Assembly (NCBI GenBank): GCA_052327205.1
Contig: CM126217.1
Location: 17,484,001-17,548,000 of the forward strand
Source of the DNA: Somniosus microcephalus
Lineage: Eukaryota
DNA: 64,000 nucleotides
Direction: 5' to 3'
Below the pieces are notes generated by a model. It made no database searches. It was not told the origin of the DNA and saw only the letters and a list, made by a program, of their open reading frames with translations. Within the stretch, counting starts at the first letter, position 1; each line of letters begins with the position of its first letter. This document shows, one piece after another, positions 1 through 13,385 of this stretch. The translations under genes were made by a program, and so were the position numbers.

Positions 1-234
1 ACATGTAATGGTTCCTAACCAGAACAGCTGTATGTGTGTATTTGAATGCATACCTTTGTTTTTCTGCCTTTTCTTCTGAAGGAGTTAATTCCTTGATGGA
101 GTTTCCTTCCACGGGACCAGCTATCTTGCACAAGTGGCCATTGCTCATGTGTCATCCTTGACTGTGAGAATGGGGAGGTAGTTCATTTCAGCTGAGACTG
201 ACCCTGTGCTTGAAAGAAAAGAAAGACTTGCATT

Positions 235-377
235 CAATGTTCCCTGTAATTTTTGGGGGGGGCCGCACAGCCCATTCAAAATACCGCACATGCGTGGTTT
301 TTCTATTTAAAAGTCGGCAAGTCGGCTGCGCGGACCTGTGGAGCGCTGTGCGGCCACGCAGCTTAAAGGGAACATTA
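235..377. mobile_element. hAT-type MITE (~140 bp), copy 1, inserted in the tail of a minus-strand DeuSINE-like element
   Basis: TIR CAATGTTCCCT...AGGGAACATT(A); 8-bp TSD cttgcatt/cttgaatt. Confidence 0.75.
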
Positions 378-1062
378 CTTGAATTTATATAGCGCCTTTC
401 GCAACCTTGGACGTCCCAAAGCGCTTTACAACCAATTAAGTACTTTTGAAGTGTAGTCACTTCTGTAATGTAGGAAAACAGCATCCACACACTGGCACTT
501 ACAGCAGGGGTTGCCGTATAGTCATCAAGAGTGGGAACTGTGGTCCATATTGTCCTCCTTAACATGGGGCGCTAAGAGCCAATTGTAATGTCCCAAATGA
601 GATCAGCTAACTCAGCACAAAGCTTGGACCCCAACTGGTCTGTGTGGCTCAGCTGTTCAATAGATAAACCTTCTGAGCTATGGGAAAAACAATGCACTCC
701 TATTTGTTGGATTAAAAAAAATGTAACTTCACATAAAATCCTGAAGCTGAGTAACAAATAATAACCGAGTTATTAATAGTAAAAATTGAAAATGCACAGT
801 CTATCGGCATCTGTGAAGAGAAAGGGCAGGTTAATGTCTCAGGTTGATCTTTGTCAGAGCCTCACCCACAGTTCGAACAACAAACTTGTCTTTTCTCTTT
901 TGAGATGTTTACAGACCTGTGTATTTTCAGCACTCTGTTTTTATTGTACTCTTGTTATCGACATCATCAGCACTGTATTTTGGTAATTCTGTATTTTTCT
1001 TAAAGGAAAAAAAATTAACACTTTAAAAAAAAAAGTGTTGAGCAACCTTACTGTCACGAAAA

Positions 1063-1439
1063 GGGCAGCACGGTGGCATAGTGGTTAGCACTGTTGCCTC
1101 ACAGCGCCAGGGACCCGGGTTCAAATCCGGCCTCGGGTGACTGTCTGTGTGGAGTTTGCACATTCTCCCCGTGTTTGCGTGGGTTTCCTCCGGGTGCTCC
1201 GGTTTCCTCCCACAGCCCAAAGATGTGCGGGTTAGGTTGATTGGCCATGATAAAAATTGGCCCTTAGTGTTAGGGGGGATTAAATACGTGAGGTTACGGG
1301 GTTAGGGCTTGTGTGGGATGGCTGTCAGTGTAGGGACCGGGTGCTAGGGTTTGGATGATCAGCCATGATCTCGTTGAATGGCGGAGCAGGCTCGAAGGGC
1401 CGAATGGCCTACTCCTGCTCCTATCTTCTATGTTTCTAT
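1063..1439 (+). mobile_element. HE1-like V-SINE
   Basis: tRNA-derived head with A/B boxes (tggcatagtgg, gggttcaaatcc), V-core (gtgggtttcctccgggtgctccggtttcctcccac) and a CR1-type tail (gatcagccatgatc...ctatgtttctat). Confidence 0.85.
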
Positions 1440-1836
1440 CGCAGATATGGATAGGTCTGTGGCAGAAACCATCTCCCAAACCACAGAAGTGTTTACTGCC
1501 TGGAGCCCATCAAACTGCACAAAATAAAAGTGGTTGAAAAGAAAAGGAAAGGAGTTGCTCATGTGATTCACACATTTCTGACATGGACATGCCTACAGTT
1601 TGAGCATGTGCACACAGTGACCCATCCCCATGGGGAATTGGAGAGATCTGGGAAACGGTCAAACCCTGGAGGCAGTGCAGAGAAGTACCATGAGGCTGAC
1701 CTCCAGCATCGGGGGATTGAGCTACGAGTGAAGATTACAGAAACTGAAGCTCTTTAGCCTTGAAAGGAGGAGACTGAGAGTTGACCTTACAAAGTATATA
1801 ATATCATAAATAGTATAGGACAGATATACAGTATAT

Positions 1837-2193
1837 GGGAACGGAAGCATAGTGGTAATGTTACTAGACTAGTAGTCCAGAGGCCTGGACTAATAATCCG
1901 GAGGCAAGAGTTCAAATCCCACCATGGCAGCTGGGGAATTTAAATTCAGTTAATTAAATAAATCTGGAATAAAGGCTAGTATTAATAGTGGTGACCATGA
2001 AATTACCGGATTGCTGTAAAAACCCATCTGGTTCACTAATGTCCTTTTAGGGAAGGAAATCTGCTGTCCTTACTGGTCTGGCCTATATGTGACACAGCAA
2101 TGTGGTTGATGCTTAGTCACTCAAAGCAATTAGGGATGGGCAATAAATGCTGGCCTTGCCAGCGATGCCCACATCCCATGAACGAATAAAAAA
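1837..2193 (+). mobile_element. tRNA-headed SINE
   Basis: A box gcatagtgg, B box gagttcaaatcc and an A-rich 3' end (gaataaaaaa). Confidence 0.65.
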
Positions 2194-2556
2194 TATATAT
2201 CAACTACTACACTACTTCAGTGTAATAATCTGCTATCAGTAGAGGAAAGGTGTGCAGGAGACAGAACTGATTTCAGGAAGAATTTCATCACACAGAGCAA
2301 TCAGCACTTGGAATGGTCTCACAGGTATGATTGTAGAAAAGCTTAATCATTCAAGACAGCTGGACATTGCAATTGGGAGGAGGTGCTTTTCTTTCTGGAT
2401 GATGAGCTTCCTCATCTGAATTTATCTTGTAACTTTCAAATAAATCTGCATAATGCTACTGATATGTTGCAACCATCTGGTCAAATTTCATTTCATTCTA
2501 TGAATAATAGCTTTTTAATTCAAGTATGTAAAAGTAGCTGTGGTTTCTCTGCTCAG

Positions 2557-2702
2557 TACTTTTAGGTGTGCACGACAACCACATACAGGACAAAACTTTT
2601 CAAGCTGAACTCGAGCGAAAACTAGCTCAGCTTATCGGTGAAGCAACTGGGTCAGCAAAACGTTGGAAGCGGGCCAGCACCTTGGGGAATAACACTGTCC
2701 AG
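2557..2702 (+). CDS. KIAA1549: KIAA1549 internal coding exon (about human exon 8): (V)LLGVHDNHIQDKTFQAELERKLAQLIGEATGSAKRWKRASTLGNNTVQ
   Basis: ctcag|ta acceptor and cag|gtaggc donor; 146 nt, phase 1 to 0. The translation matches the recalled KIAA1549 segment VLLGV...FQAEMERKLAQL...GNSVVQ. Confidence 0.9.
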
Positions 2703-4164
2703 GTAGGCAGAGTCTTCCAAATGACAATGATATTCTGCTGCTGTTTGATTTCCTCATCCTGCAGGCCTCCGCAGCTGAGCAGAAGGGAAAGCTGGTCTGT
2801 ACCAGCTGGTATCTTCTGTTCTGATCGACAGAAAGTAACGCAAGGATTGGATACAGTCGGAATGGGTGTGTCTGTGCACAAGATGTTGAATGTTGAGAAA
2901 TGATCGATCAGCCATGATCTAATTGAATGGCGGAACAGGCTCGAGTGGCTGAGTGGCCTCTGTTCCTATGTTGGTGGAGTTCTATCCCAACCCATGTAAT
3001 AATTGACTTGACATGGCAAACTGTATATCACTGCGTCAAAAACTCTGCTGTACTAACTCATTTTGTACATTTTCATGGCCTTTTGTGCAAGTTTTGGTTA
3101 AAAAATCAGCCCATTATTGTAATTTGAAACTCTGGCATCTGTTTAATCAGTTTTTAAATAACGTTTTATTTAACTATGTTTGATTTCTATAGGATAGTGA
3201 AGAAGTGGAACAGATTACCATTCAATCATGGATGATTACTGCACAGAAACAGGCATTTGACCTGTCGGGTTTTTCTCCATATGAGCCACCTAGTCTGATC
3301 TCACTCCTGTTTGCTCCTCATACCAGACGGAGTCGCTAAATTCTGGCTGTTAATATCTTTACTAGCTCAATACCTGTCAAGTAAGAGGGCTGAGATATTC
3401 ACAGATCTGTTTCATTCAGTTGGGCAGTGTGGAAGGAGCAGCCTTGAGTGAGCACCATGGTCTTTTCTAGATCCAGCATTCCTTATGTTTAAGAATTATC
3501 AGGTTTCTGTTCCAATTGAGATTTAATGGCAGTAATAATTGAGAAAAAACCCTTCCAGCATTCCAACTATACTAGCGACAGTTTGGGAATCCTGCTTCAC
3601 CCAACGTCAAAAGGATCACGGGCATAGTAACCCTCCACTTTGCCCCCAAAAGAGTCATCCTGTTTGTTTATCATTAGTTTTCTTTTAAATCCTCAGTTGA
3701 GCCACTTTTTTTCTGCAATTTTCTCTCCTCCTTCCAAAGTTGGGGCTAGTCCCCTGGGCACCCCATACTGCACCCAAGTGGCCATTTTCCATGAACAAGC
3801 CCAAGCAGCGAGTGTCAGCAAGTTGTGAAACCGCAAGCAGCACAGCAGGGATCAGGAGTGAGAACCCTGACTGACTATTCCCACCCCCACCTTGCACTAG
3901 CCCAATGGCATTGAGGCCAATTGTTAGGCAATTTTCTCTCCACGGATGTTGCCTGGCCCGCTGAGTTTTTCCAGCATTTTCTGTTGTCATTTCGGATTTC
4001 CAGCATCTGCAGTATTTTGCTATCGTGTTATGCATTAACTACTGGTGTGAGATTGATTAACTCGGCACGGACCGCAACATACAACGTGAGACTTTCTCGC
4101 CTGTGTGGCTTAGTACAACACCAAACCGTGCATTGGGAACCTTTATTGAAATTATTGTTTCACT

Positions 4165-4483
4165 TGTAGGAACGGAGGTTCCTATCAAAAAGACTGAGTT
4201 CGACTCAGGTAATTAAATTAATGAACTTTAATGAAACCAAACGAGTTTAAACTGGAAACTGCTAGAACACATTAATAACAGGTCTACTCTCCTTGAGGGC
4301 TCCGCGAGGACTGATCCTCTGGTCAGGAGACTGACGTCATGACATCATCACGTTCTTCCCGGCATTGGGGCATCACGTGACTAACGGTATGACGTCATCA
4401 CGTTGAAACCGTGCTGTAAAGGTAACTAGGCATTGTACAGTCAAACAGTGTAATTAAAGGTACAGGCACAGCCAGTAACTACA
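4165..4483 (-). mobile_element. Possible solo LTR
   Basis: TGTAG...CTACA termini, minus-strand ATTAAA, and CRE/E-box motifs; no TSD found. Confidence 0.35.
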
Positions 4484-5879
4484 TTGCTGTTAAAGGAATT
4501 ATGTACAACCGCTCTGAGTCCTTTGGTGGCTCCACCACACACTGTACATTTGATGAGTGATCCCAGTGGTTTAATTGTGATTTATCTTCATCCAGAAGTG
4601 GTATCCATGATAAATGGGAGGTCACATAACCACCATCAACAACAACAGCAACTACTTACACTTGTATAGTGCCTTTAACGTAGAGAAATGCCCTGCAGTG
4701 TTTCACACCACTGTTACGAGTCCATTTATTTTTACGCTATGTTTTTATTTTTCAAATCCTACTACATTAAAGAAAAATATGGTAAGCAGTAGTGTGCTAA
4801 AGCATCAGGGAGTCACAAGATGGGTTCAAATGGAGAAGATCTTTTGGCCCATTTGACCTCAATCTCCCAGATTGCCAACCCTACCATATTCCCAGTACAA
4901 CACGGTTTCTTAAGTGAGTCCAGCCTTTCTACCAACCAATTACAGCTATTGATCACCTACTGTGTAAAGAAATACTCCTGGCATTTATCCTCAACTTGCC
5001 ATTTACAACACTGACCGTATGCCGTTTGGTCTTGGTGCTTCTGAAAGTATCGACTGGTTTACCTTCCCTATCCTATTAAGTATTTCATTTACTTCAAAAA
5101 GGCCCTCTTGTTTTGAGGCTAAAAAGTCCCAATTTAGCTGCTCATTGCTGATCGCTCACCCACCTAACACTGAGCCCAGTCCATCTTTGCATCACCTCTT
5201 AGATCTGGATGCCCCCCTTATGTCTTGTTGATTTCTGAGCGTTTCTTTTTGAGGCTGAAGGACCATATCTTAATATCCCTCAGATCAAACGACGTCGAAA
5301 TTCTCGGCTTGCATTTCACTCTGGCATTTGTTGTATGATAATCCACTACTTCCTGCTGTTTATTCTTCATACAATGGGTTATTAAATTATGCACAGGAAT
5401 TCCCATTGCTGTGAACCTATGAGCCCTTCGAAGGTTGTGCTAAAGGCCTTACTTGTTTAAAAACTGCACACAGTGTGAACTTTCCTCACTCATACTTGTT
5501 TCCCTTGTGCAGGTTTTTAATTGTCTCATAAATCAGTGCTTTCTCCATCTCTCTGTTAGGTACTCTGTGTACCTCAGTGTATTTGATAGAGTAGAAGTAG
5601 TTGCCACGGAAACAGTTACCTCTGAAAATCCGTCTCCCCTTTTTCTTCTGTGGAAGTGATTTTGAACTTTAACCTTTGAGATTTATGAGTTTGCTTTGTG
5701 CCTTATAAGCATGAGTACTTGATTCCCTTTTTCTCGCACATGTCTGTGATGTGTTTATTGTATAAAACAACACTGAAATATCAGAAGCAGGGTCGAGAGC
5801 ATCTGCAAATGGAAGAATGTGTTTCATTTTTCCAGTGCAGTACAGGGTTGCTGAGTCCTTCTCCTCTGCTTTGAAGATA

Positions 5880-6190
5880 TCCCTCTGCGACCTCTGCGCT
5901 CCTCTAATTCTGACCTCTTGTGCATCCCCGATTTTAATCGCTCCACCATTGGTGGCCGTGCCTTCAGTTGCCAAGGCCCTAAGCTCTGGAATTCCCTCCC
6001 TAAACCTCTCCGCTTCTCTGCCTCTCTTTTCTCCTTTAAGACACTCCTTAAAACCTACCTCTTTGACCAAGTCTGCCCGAATATCTCCTTATGTGGCTCA
6101 ATGTCAAATTTTGTTGATAGCGCTCCTGTGTAGCGCCTTGGGACCTTTTACTTACGTTAAAGGCACTATATAAATACAAATTGTTGTTGT
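5880..6190 (+). mobile_element. L2-clade LINE 3' fragment
   Basis: Translates to GGRAFS..PKLWNSLP..LR....FKTLLKTYLF; tail tatataaatacaa-ttgttgttg. Confidence 0.75.
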
Positions 6191-6237
6191 TTAACAGGCT
6201 TCCCTTGCAAGGCTAGGTGTGAGAATGACTGTCCGTG

Positions 6238-6692
6238 TCCGCTGTGGCTCAGTGGGTAGCACTCTCGTCTCCGAGTCAGAAGGTTGTGGGTTCCATTCCC
6301 ACTCCAGAGACTTGAGCACAAAAATCTAGGCTGACACTCCAGTGCAGTGCCGAGGGAGTGCACTGTCGGTGGTGTCGTCTTTTGGATGAGACGTTAAACC
6401 AAGACCCCGTCTGCTCCCTCAGGTGGACATAAAAGATCCCACGGCACTATTTCGAAGAAGAACAGGGGAGTTATCCCCGGTGTCCTGGCCAATATTTATT
6501 CCTCAGTCATCATCGCTAAATAAACAAATTATCTGGTCATTATTACATTGCTGTTTATGGACGCTTGCTGTGCACAAATTGGTTGCCACATTTCCTACAT
6601 TACAACAGTGACTACACTTCAAAAGTATTGCATTGGCTGTAAAGTGCTTTGGGACGTCCGGCGGTCATGAAAGCCACTATAGAAATGCAAAA
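6238..6692 (+). mobile_element. SacSINE1-like DeuSINE (tRNA head, Deu core, L2-type tail)
   Basis: tggctcagtgg A box, Deu-like core (gttaaaccaagaccccgtctg...aaagatcccacggcactatttcgaagaag) and an L2-type tail. Older minus-strand copies lie at ~386-480, 9390-9785, 17500-17890, 18165-18590 and 27300-27490. Confidence 0.8.
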
Positions 6693-8148
6693 ATGCCCTC
6701 CAAGCAGCCAGAGACCTTTTGCTTCTGATGCAGCAACATCAGGGAACCATTCTGCAGCCAACCACTGTGTCAGTGGCATCCCACGCAAACCTCTCCTTTG
6801 TGACACTGAGTGCCTGACAGTCTGACAACCCCATGGCCCGATTATTTCCTTCCCCCTCCATACCATCTGTATGCCAAACAGAAGCAGCTGACTGATCTAG
6901 TTTATAACAGTTATTTGCAAAACCCCAGTAGACCTTGTTATTTTTTAAAAATGGAAGGGACTGGAAGGGACTATTGTGATCTGTAAGGCCAGTTCAAAAA
7001 ATACTCTGCACCAGACTACCGCTTGCACCCCTCCGTCGCTTTCTCCGCCAGATATCGATGTAGTTCTCTCATGATTCTGCCAATGCTTTCCACCCCTCAT
7101 TCAGTCTGTTCCATGGGTTCACCAGCTTCTGTGTAAATGAGTTACATCTGAATTCCTCTTCCGAGTTTGAGTCTGTGCCCCCTAATCATAGAGTTTAATC
7201 ATGTTACATGGATAATTAGGGTTCAACTTTTTCTATAACCATTAGGGTTATGAATGCTTCTGTAATATCTCCCCTGATCTGCCTTTCCTTCAAGTGTTTA
7301 CAGCCTCAGCTCATAGCTTGGGTGCTGAAATCCAGGTATCAGTTTGGTGGGACCCATTAACAAAATTTCCATTTGATTTTTTTTTTTTTTTAAACAGTTA
7401 ATGTGTTTTGACCAAATTGGTGGGAATGCTTATGAAATGTTCGGACTGATGATATCTTTGAGGGAAGTGGATGTAGAGGTGCAACTGAGGCTGGCATGCA
7501 AGGTGAATTGAATTCTCTGAAGATAGTTATATACTCTGGGTGCTTTAGTGTCTGTTATTAGTGCTCTCTCGCTCGCTGTCACTCTCCGTTACTCCTTCGC
7601 AGTCAGAGCTTAGATCAGGTCATTAACATTTGCTGTGGGGGGAGGGGGCAGTTTTTTTCCCTTCCCCTTTTCATTGACTTGTTGCTTGGGGTATGGTTCC
7701 ACGGGCACCAGCTGTCCCCTAGTATCTTGCCCAAGTGGCCATTCTCAGTGGGTGGCTTGAGACACTGACTGGCATCACAGTTGAGCCTGGTCCAGTCATC
7801 ACCCAAGACCAACACATGCACTCTTCCCGGCAGGAGTCACTGGATAGGTATGGAAGCACTCACTGATTTTTTTTCACTTCCCTAACCAGAGGACATTGAG
7901 GCTTTACCCCAGCTGAGAAACAATACTTAGGGTAATAAAGGGTCGACAAAATGCAAGGGGTATTCATCAAATCTTCGTTCTTTTTGCTAATGTAATTGTT
8001 ATAGGAGTTTTCATGGTACCTCTCCATTTGTAAAGGGGCTAATCTTAAATAAAGGGTTAAACCAAATGGCTTGTTTACGTAACCCATTTGGATTATTTGT
8101 AGTTAGAATGAGATGTTTTTATTTGGAATACTTTGTTTTAAACTTTAT

Positions 8149-8971
8149 GGGCTGGATTTTGATACTGGAGGCGTGTAGAAGGCGGGACTACAACTTTCGG
8201 GGTTGTAGTCCGCCTCCATCGAGTTGTGGCCAACCCATGCGATTGTCACTTGATTGACCTTGTTGAGCCTGCCCAGCGGGCTCAGCAGGCCAATTAAGGG
8301 CCACCCGGCAACAGGTGACATCACAGATTGACATTTCATCTGTCAAGAGCTTTTGACAGATGAAATATCAGCGTTTGACAGCTCTTTGAAGCTGTCAAAC
8401 ACTGACAATCTGTACTCTAAGTTAATTCCTTCCTCTCAGGCTGATTTAGAGATCTCTCCAGAACAGAAAGCAGAATGCTGCAACTTTTGACAGCTCGCGG
8501 CCATTCTGCTTTCTGTGCCGGTGAGATGAGGGACTCCCGAGACCTGAAGGAAGGAAGGCTGTAAAGGTAAGTAAAACTTATTTGAACACTTTACACACAC
8601 CAAACACACTTACCTCTGCACTCATGCACCCATCACTCACCTGAACACCGGACATCTCGAACCCTCCAAGCCCTTCAGCCCGACGGTCCGCCTCGCTAAC
8701 TTGGCGTGGTTTGGAGCCGTCGGGAATCCCACACTTCAGGGATAAAAATAAGAATTAGGCCAAAAACTGCCTGTTAACTACCCGTTAACAGGCAGTTAAT
8801 TGGCACTAATCCCCTTCCCGCCTCGGGGAGGCGGGTCCCAGCACAGGTTGGGTACCCGCCTCCTTTGAAACCGGCATGGAGGCGGGATGGGTTCGTGCCC
8901 CCCGATTTTGCGATTTTTAACCCCCCACACGCCTCCAATCCCGCCTCAACAGCCCAATGAAAATCGAGCCC
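8149..8971. mobile_element. PIF/Harbinger-type non-autonomous DNA transposon, copy 1
   Basis: TIR GGGCTGGATTTT/AAAATCGAGCCC with 3-bp TSD TAT; interior homologous to 52187-53030. Confidence 0.75.
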
Positions 8972-11591
8972 TATATATTTAAAGAAAAACTGCAACCGAT
9001 GGTAAATGTGTGTTTCTCCCCCTACAGTTAGAAATATAAACTGCCTGACTCGCCTTGTTCCAGTGGTAGCAGAGATCTGCTATTTCATGGACATTGCAAG
9101 CTGTCGCTGGATTTGCCTGCTCCACTTTACCTAGAATCTCTTGGGGAATGACATTGTGTGGAAATATAAACGGGAGTGGGGGCGAGAGTGTCTTTGGTAG
9201 AACAATATATTGCTGCTTTCTCCAAACCTATGCTCCGGCATCGTGTGAGAGCCACAGAACCGTGGGATCATGAACTAAAAGTGCGAAATAACCTTTCAAA
9301 TGTCATGGTTTTAAACAATTTTGTTAGACGCAGGAAAGAACACACCTTCAGACAGATTCTATAAAATGGACAGAAAGAAGTAAATAATTTGCTTTTATAT
9401 ATTGCCTCAAACAGCTTTACAACAAATTAAGTACTCTTGAAGTGTAGTCACTGTTGTAATGTGGGCAAATGCGGCAGCCAACTTGCCCACAGCAAGGATC
9501 CACAAACAGCAAATCAATGAACAACCAGCTAATCTGTTTTGAAGGGGTTGGTTGAGGGAGGAATGTTCACCACAACACTGCCTGCTCTTTGAATAGTTTT
9601 TATATCTACCTGAGCAAGCATACGGGGCCTCAGGTTAACATGATCGACATTTCTGACAGTGCAAAACTCCCTCGGTACTGCACTGAAGGGTCAACCTTAG
9701 CATATATGCTCAGGTTAGTGGAACTTGAACCCATGAACTTCTGACTCCGAGGCAAGAGTGCAACCAACTGTGTCAAGCTAACATTGACTTCTTGTTACAG
9801 ATTCTCCCACATAAATCTTTGCTGAATCTTCCCTAAGCAACGTTCTATATAAAACTGTAGTTGGTCTGTAGCATTAACCATGGGGAAATCATCTAACAGT
9901 AACTCGTGCCCCTTCCAGCAAGAATCACTGGATAGCTTAGTTCCTATCCATCATGGGACTTGACATCTCAGGAACAGTGTAACAGATGGTCGGTGCTTTA
10001 TATAAAAAGTAGTAATTCTGAAGCAGTTCTGTTGATATCTTAAACTGTGACTTAAACTTCTGCCTAAGAATGATTGGTAGGTATTAGTTATAATCTAATA
10101 TCTGCTTAAAATAGTAAACCTTTTGGGGGCTGTGTAGTGTAGTGAATTAGACACTGGCCCTCACATGACATGAGTTTTGACAGTCACTAGCCAGTTCTCA
10201 GTAGACACAGACCAAGAGTAGCTTACTGAATCTTCAACGTCACCACACACAAGCGATGACTCACGATGTCTCAGTAAATGTGAATATCACTCGGCTCCCC
10301 TCCAGTTCACAGTCTGAAAATCTACAGACATGTCCAGCAGAACAGGAAACAGCCCATAAAAATACCATCTGTTTTTGATAGTCTGAGGGCTGGATTTCTA
10401 CATTAACATGTTCAGTTAAACGAAATTCAGTAAAGTCAGTAGTTATTTTTGGGTGCGTTTTTCCAGTAGTGTTGTGTTAATATGCTCAGGGACGTCTTAG
10501 CCTTGCCCACATCAAAGTTTCCTTACATCCTTTATGTTATGGGATGGTTCCCTTGCAGTCGATTCTGCCCTGTTTACATTGTGAGGCAATGGGCACAAAA
10601 TTCACCCAAGTACAGCTCCTCAGAAGTCATGAGCATGACTTTAAAGGTCATTGGGGGAATTCGTCAACCTCATTTTGGACCACATCTTGGCACTCTGATC
10701 ATCAAATCAGTCTGAAGTAGAGAACAGCACAGTGTCTGCTCCCTCTGGAACCCCTTTCCTAGTGCTATCCCTCTGTTGCTTGATAGTGGAGAGCGAGCTT
10801 ATGAAAGGAAGTGATGGGAATTCACTCGACCCTCTGGTTAGTTTTTTTTTGTCCTTTACCTCGAGGAGTTGGAATGCCTGAATTCACTCAGATTTTACAA
10901 CTGAGCTTTACAGGACGAAAGCTGCCTTTTAAATTCACTTTATGTAGCCATAAGACGAGGCTGGGACAAGCAGATGCTGAACTGATGTGAACCTCTCTCT
11001 GATGTGCTGTTTTTGTGTAGCTGAATCCTTGCCCTTGCCCCTCCCCCCCCCCCGCACTAGTTTGCTTGGGGTTTGCTCGATCCTTTTGTCGTGCCGTTTG
11101 TCATGTACAGACTTGTGTCCATTGATTAGATTACAAGTTGGGAAATATCATCCCATTTTAGTAGAAAATGTTTCCTACATTTTATTGAATTTACATCTTT
11201 AAGTGCTTGAGACAAAATTGCCTCAGTGCAACAAGAGTTCATATTTTATTTGCGAGATTATTGACCAGATTGAAGTTAATAGGAACTGGGAGTTCTCCAA
11301 GTGAGGGGGAGAAATTCAAAACGAATGATTACTGTTGTATATCTGTAGGGCCTCTAGTGATATTTATTAAGATGTGTATTCATGTAGTTAGTATTAACTG
11401 GTATCTCGCTTGATAATCAATACCTTCTGCTCTGGATGAGAGAATTCAAATGCTGAAACATTGGGCAAAATAATTAACAATGGCTTCCTGAGTTCTACGA
11501 TGTTTCTGGCTACCAAAATGTCGTCATCGGGTGGGGAGGAGGAAACACAATAGGAGGGGGCCACAAACTGGTTGGGTGGGTGAGGGCCCAA

Positions 11592-13385
11592 ATAAGAACA
11601 TAAGATGTAGGAGAAGGAACAGAAATAGGTCATTTGGCCCCTCGAGCCTGCTCCGCCATTCAATAAGATTATGGCTGATCTGATCTTGGCCTCAATTCCA
11701 CTTCCCTGCCCGCTCCCTTACCATTCAAAAATCTGTCTATCTCCACCTTAAATATATTTAATGACCCAGCCGCCACAGCCCTCTGGGGAAGAGAATTCCA
11801 AAGATTCACGACCCTCTGAGAGAAGAAATTCCTCCTCATTTCCGTTTTAAGTGGGTGCCCCCTTATTCTGAAATTATGCCCTCTAGTTCTAGACTCCCCC
11901 ACGAGGGGAAACATCCTCTCTGCATCTACTCTGTCAAGCAACTTCAGAATTTTATATGTTTCAATAAGATCCCCTCTCATTCTGCTAAACTCCAATGAGT
12001 ATAGGCCCAACCTGCTCAACCTTTCCTCATAAGACAACCCCTTCATCTCTGGAATCAACCTCATGAACCTTCTCTGAACTGCCTCCAATGCAAGTGTATC
12101 CTTCCCTAAATAACTTGACCAAAACTGTAATCCGTACTCCAGGTGTGGTCTCACCAATACCCTGTACAGTTGTAACAGGACTTCCCTACTTTTATACTCT
12201 ATTCCCTTTGCAATAAAGGCCAACATTCCATTTGCCTTCCTAATTAATTGCTGTATCTGCATGATAACTTTTTGTGATTCATGACAAGGACCCCCAGATC
12301 GCTCTGTACCCCTCAGCATTTTGTAATCTCTCTCCATTTAAATAATAATTCGCTTTTCTTTCCTTCCAAAGTGGATAACCTCGCATTTTCCCACATTATA
12401 TTCCATCTGCCAGATTCTTGCCCACTCACTTAGCCTATCATATCATAATCAATCATAATCATAATCAACTTTTATTGTCATTGTTAGTGCACAAGTGCAG
12501 TACAACGCAATGTAGGCTTGCGGCTCCCGAGAGTGTACATTTAGATTAAGACATTTAAACATTCAACATACATTTGGCTTGTAATACATTAACATAAACA
12601 TAACCATAATAAAGTGCATTGGCAGATGTGCAGGCTTTAGAGTTTATTTGTGGAGTTCAGTCGGATGACAGCCCTGGGAAAGAAGCTGTTCCTAAATCTG
12701 GTCGTACGGGTGCGAATGCATCTAGCGTCTCCCAGATGTCAGGAGGGCGAACAGACTGTGGCTGGGGTGGGTAGGGTCTTTGATGATGGACCGTGACCTC
12801 CGTAAACAGCGTTTCTGGATTACATCCCTTTGGAGATTCTTTGAGTCCTCCACACAATTTGCTTTCCCACCTATCTTTGTATCATCAGCAAATTTGACTA
12901 CATTACACCCTGTCCCTTCATCCAAGTCATTAATATAGATTGTAAATAGTTGAGGCCCCAGCACTGATCCCTGCAGCACCCACTAGTTACAGTTTGCTAA
13001 CCTGAAAATGACCCATTTATCCCGACTCTCTGCTTTCTGTTAGTTAGTCAATCTTCTATCCAATCTAATATATTATCCCCAACACCCTGAGCTCTTACCT
13101 TTTATGTGGCACCTTATCGAATGCCTTCTGGAAATCCAAATACACGACATCTACTGGTTCCCCTTTATCCACCCTGCTCGTTACATCCTCAAAGAACTCC
13201 AGCAAATTTGTCAAACATGATTTCCCTTTCATAAAACCATGCTGACTCTGCTTGACTATACAGTATTATGATTTTTCTAAATGTTCTGCTGCTGCTTCCT
13301 TAATGATGGACTCCAGCATTTTCCCAATGGCAGATGTTAGGCTAACTGGTCAATAGTTGCCTGCTTTCTGTCTCCCTCCTTTCTC
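11592..13385 (-). mobile_element. CR1 LINE fragment (RT domain to 3' tail), interrupted at ~12440-12820
   Basis: ORFs QGSVLGPQLFTIYINDL, KFADDTK, LYRVLVRPHLEY, RGDLIETYKI, FFSQRVVNLWNSLP; tail ttcttat-type repeat. Confidence 0.92.
12440..12820 (-). mobile_element. Rex1/Babar-type LINE 3' fragment nested in CR1
   Basis: Minus translation IIKDPTHPSHSLFALLTSGRR...RFRNSFFP; (TGATTA)n microsatellite tail at ~12440-12467. Confidence 0.7.

Noticed and set aside
1063-1135. tRNA gene (also at ~1845 and ~6240)
   Set aside because: The A/B boxes belong to SINE heads that continue into SINE cores and LINE-derived tails.
11669-12337. 222-aa ORF as a host gene
   Set aside because: C-terminal part of CR1 ORF2 in a truncated, frameshifted copy.
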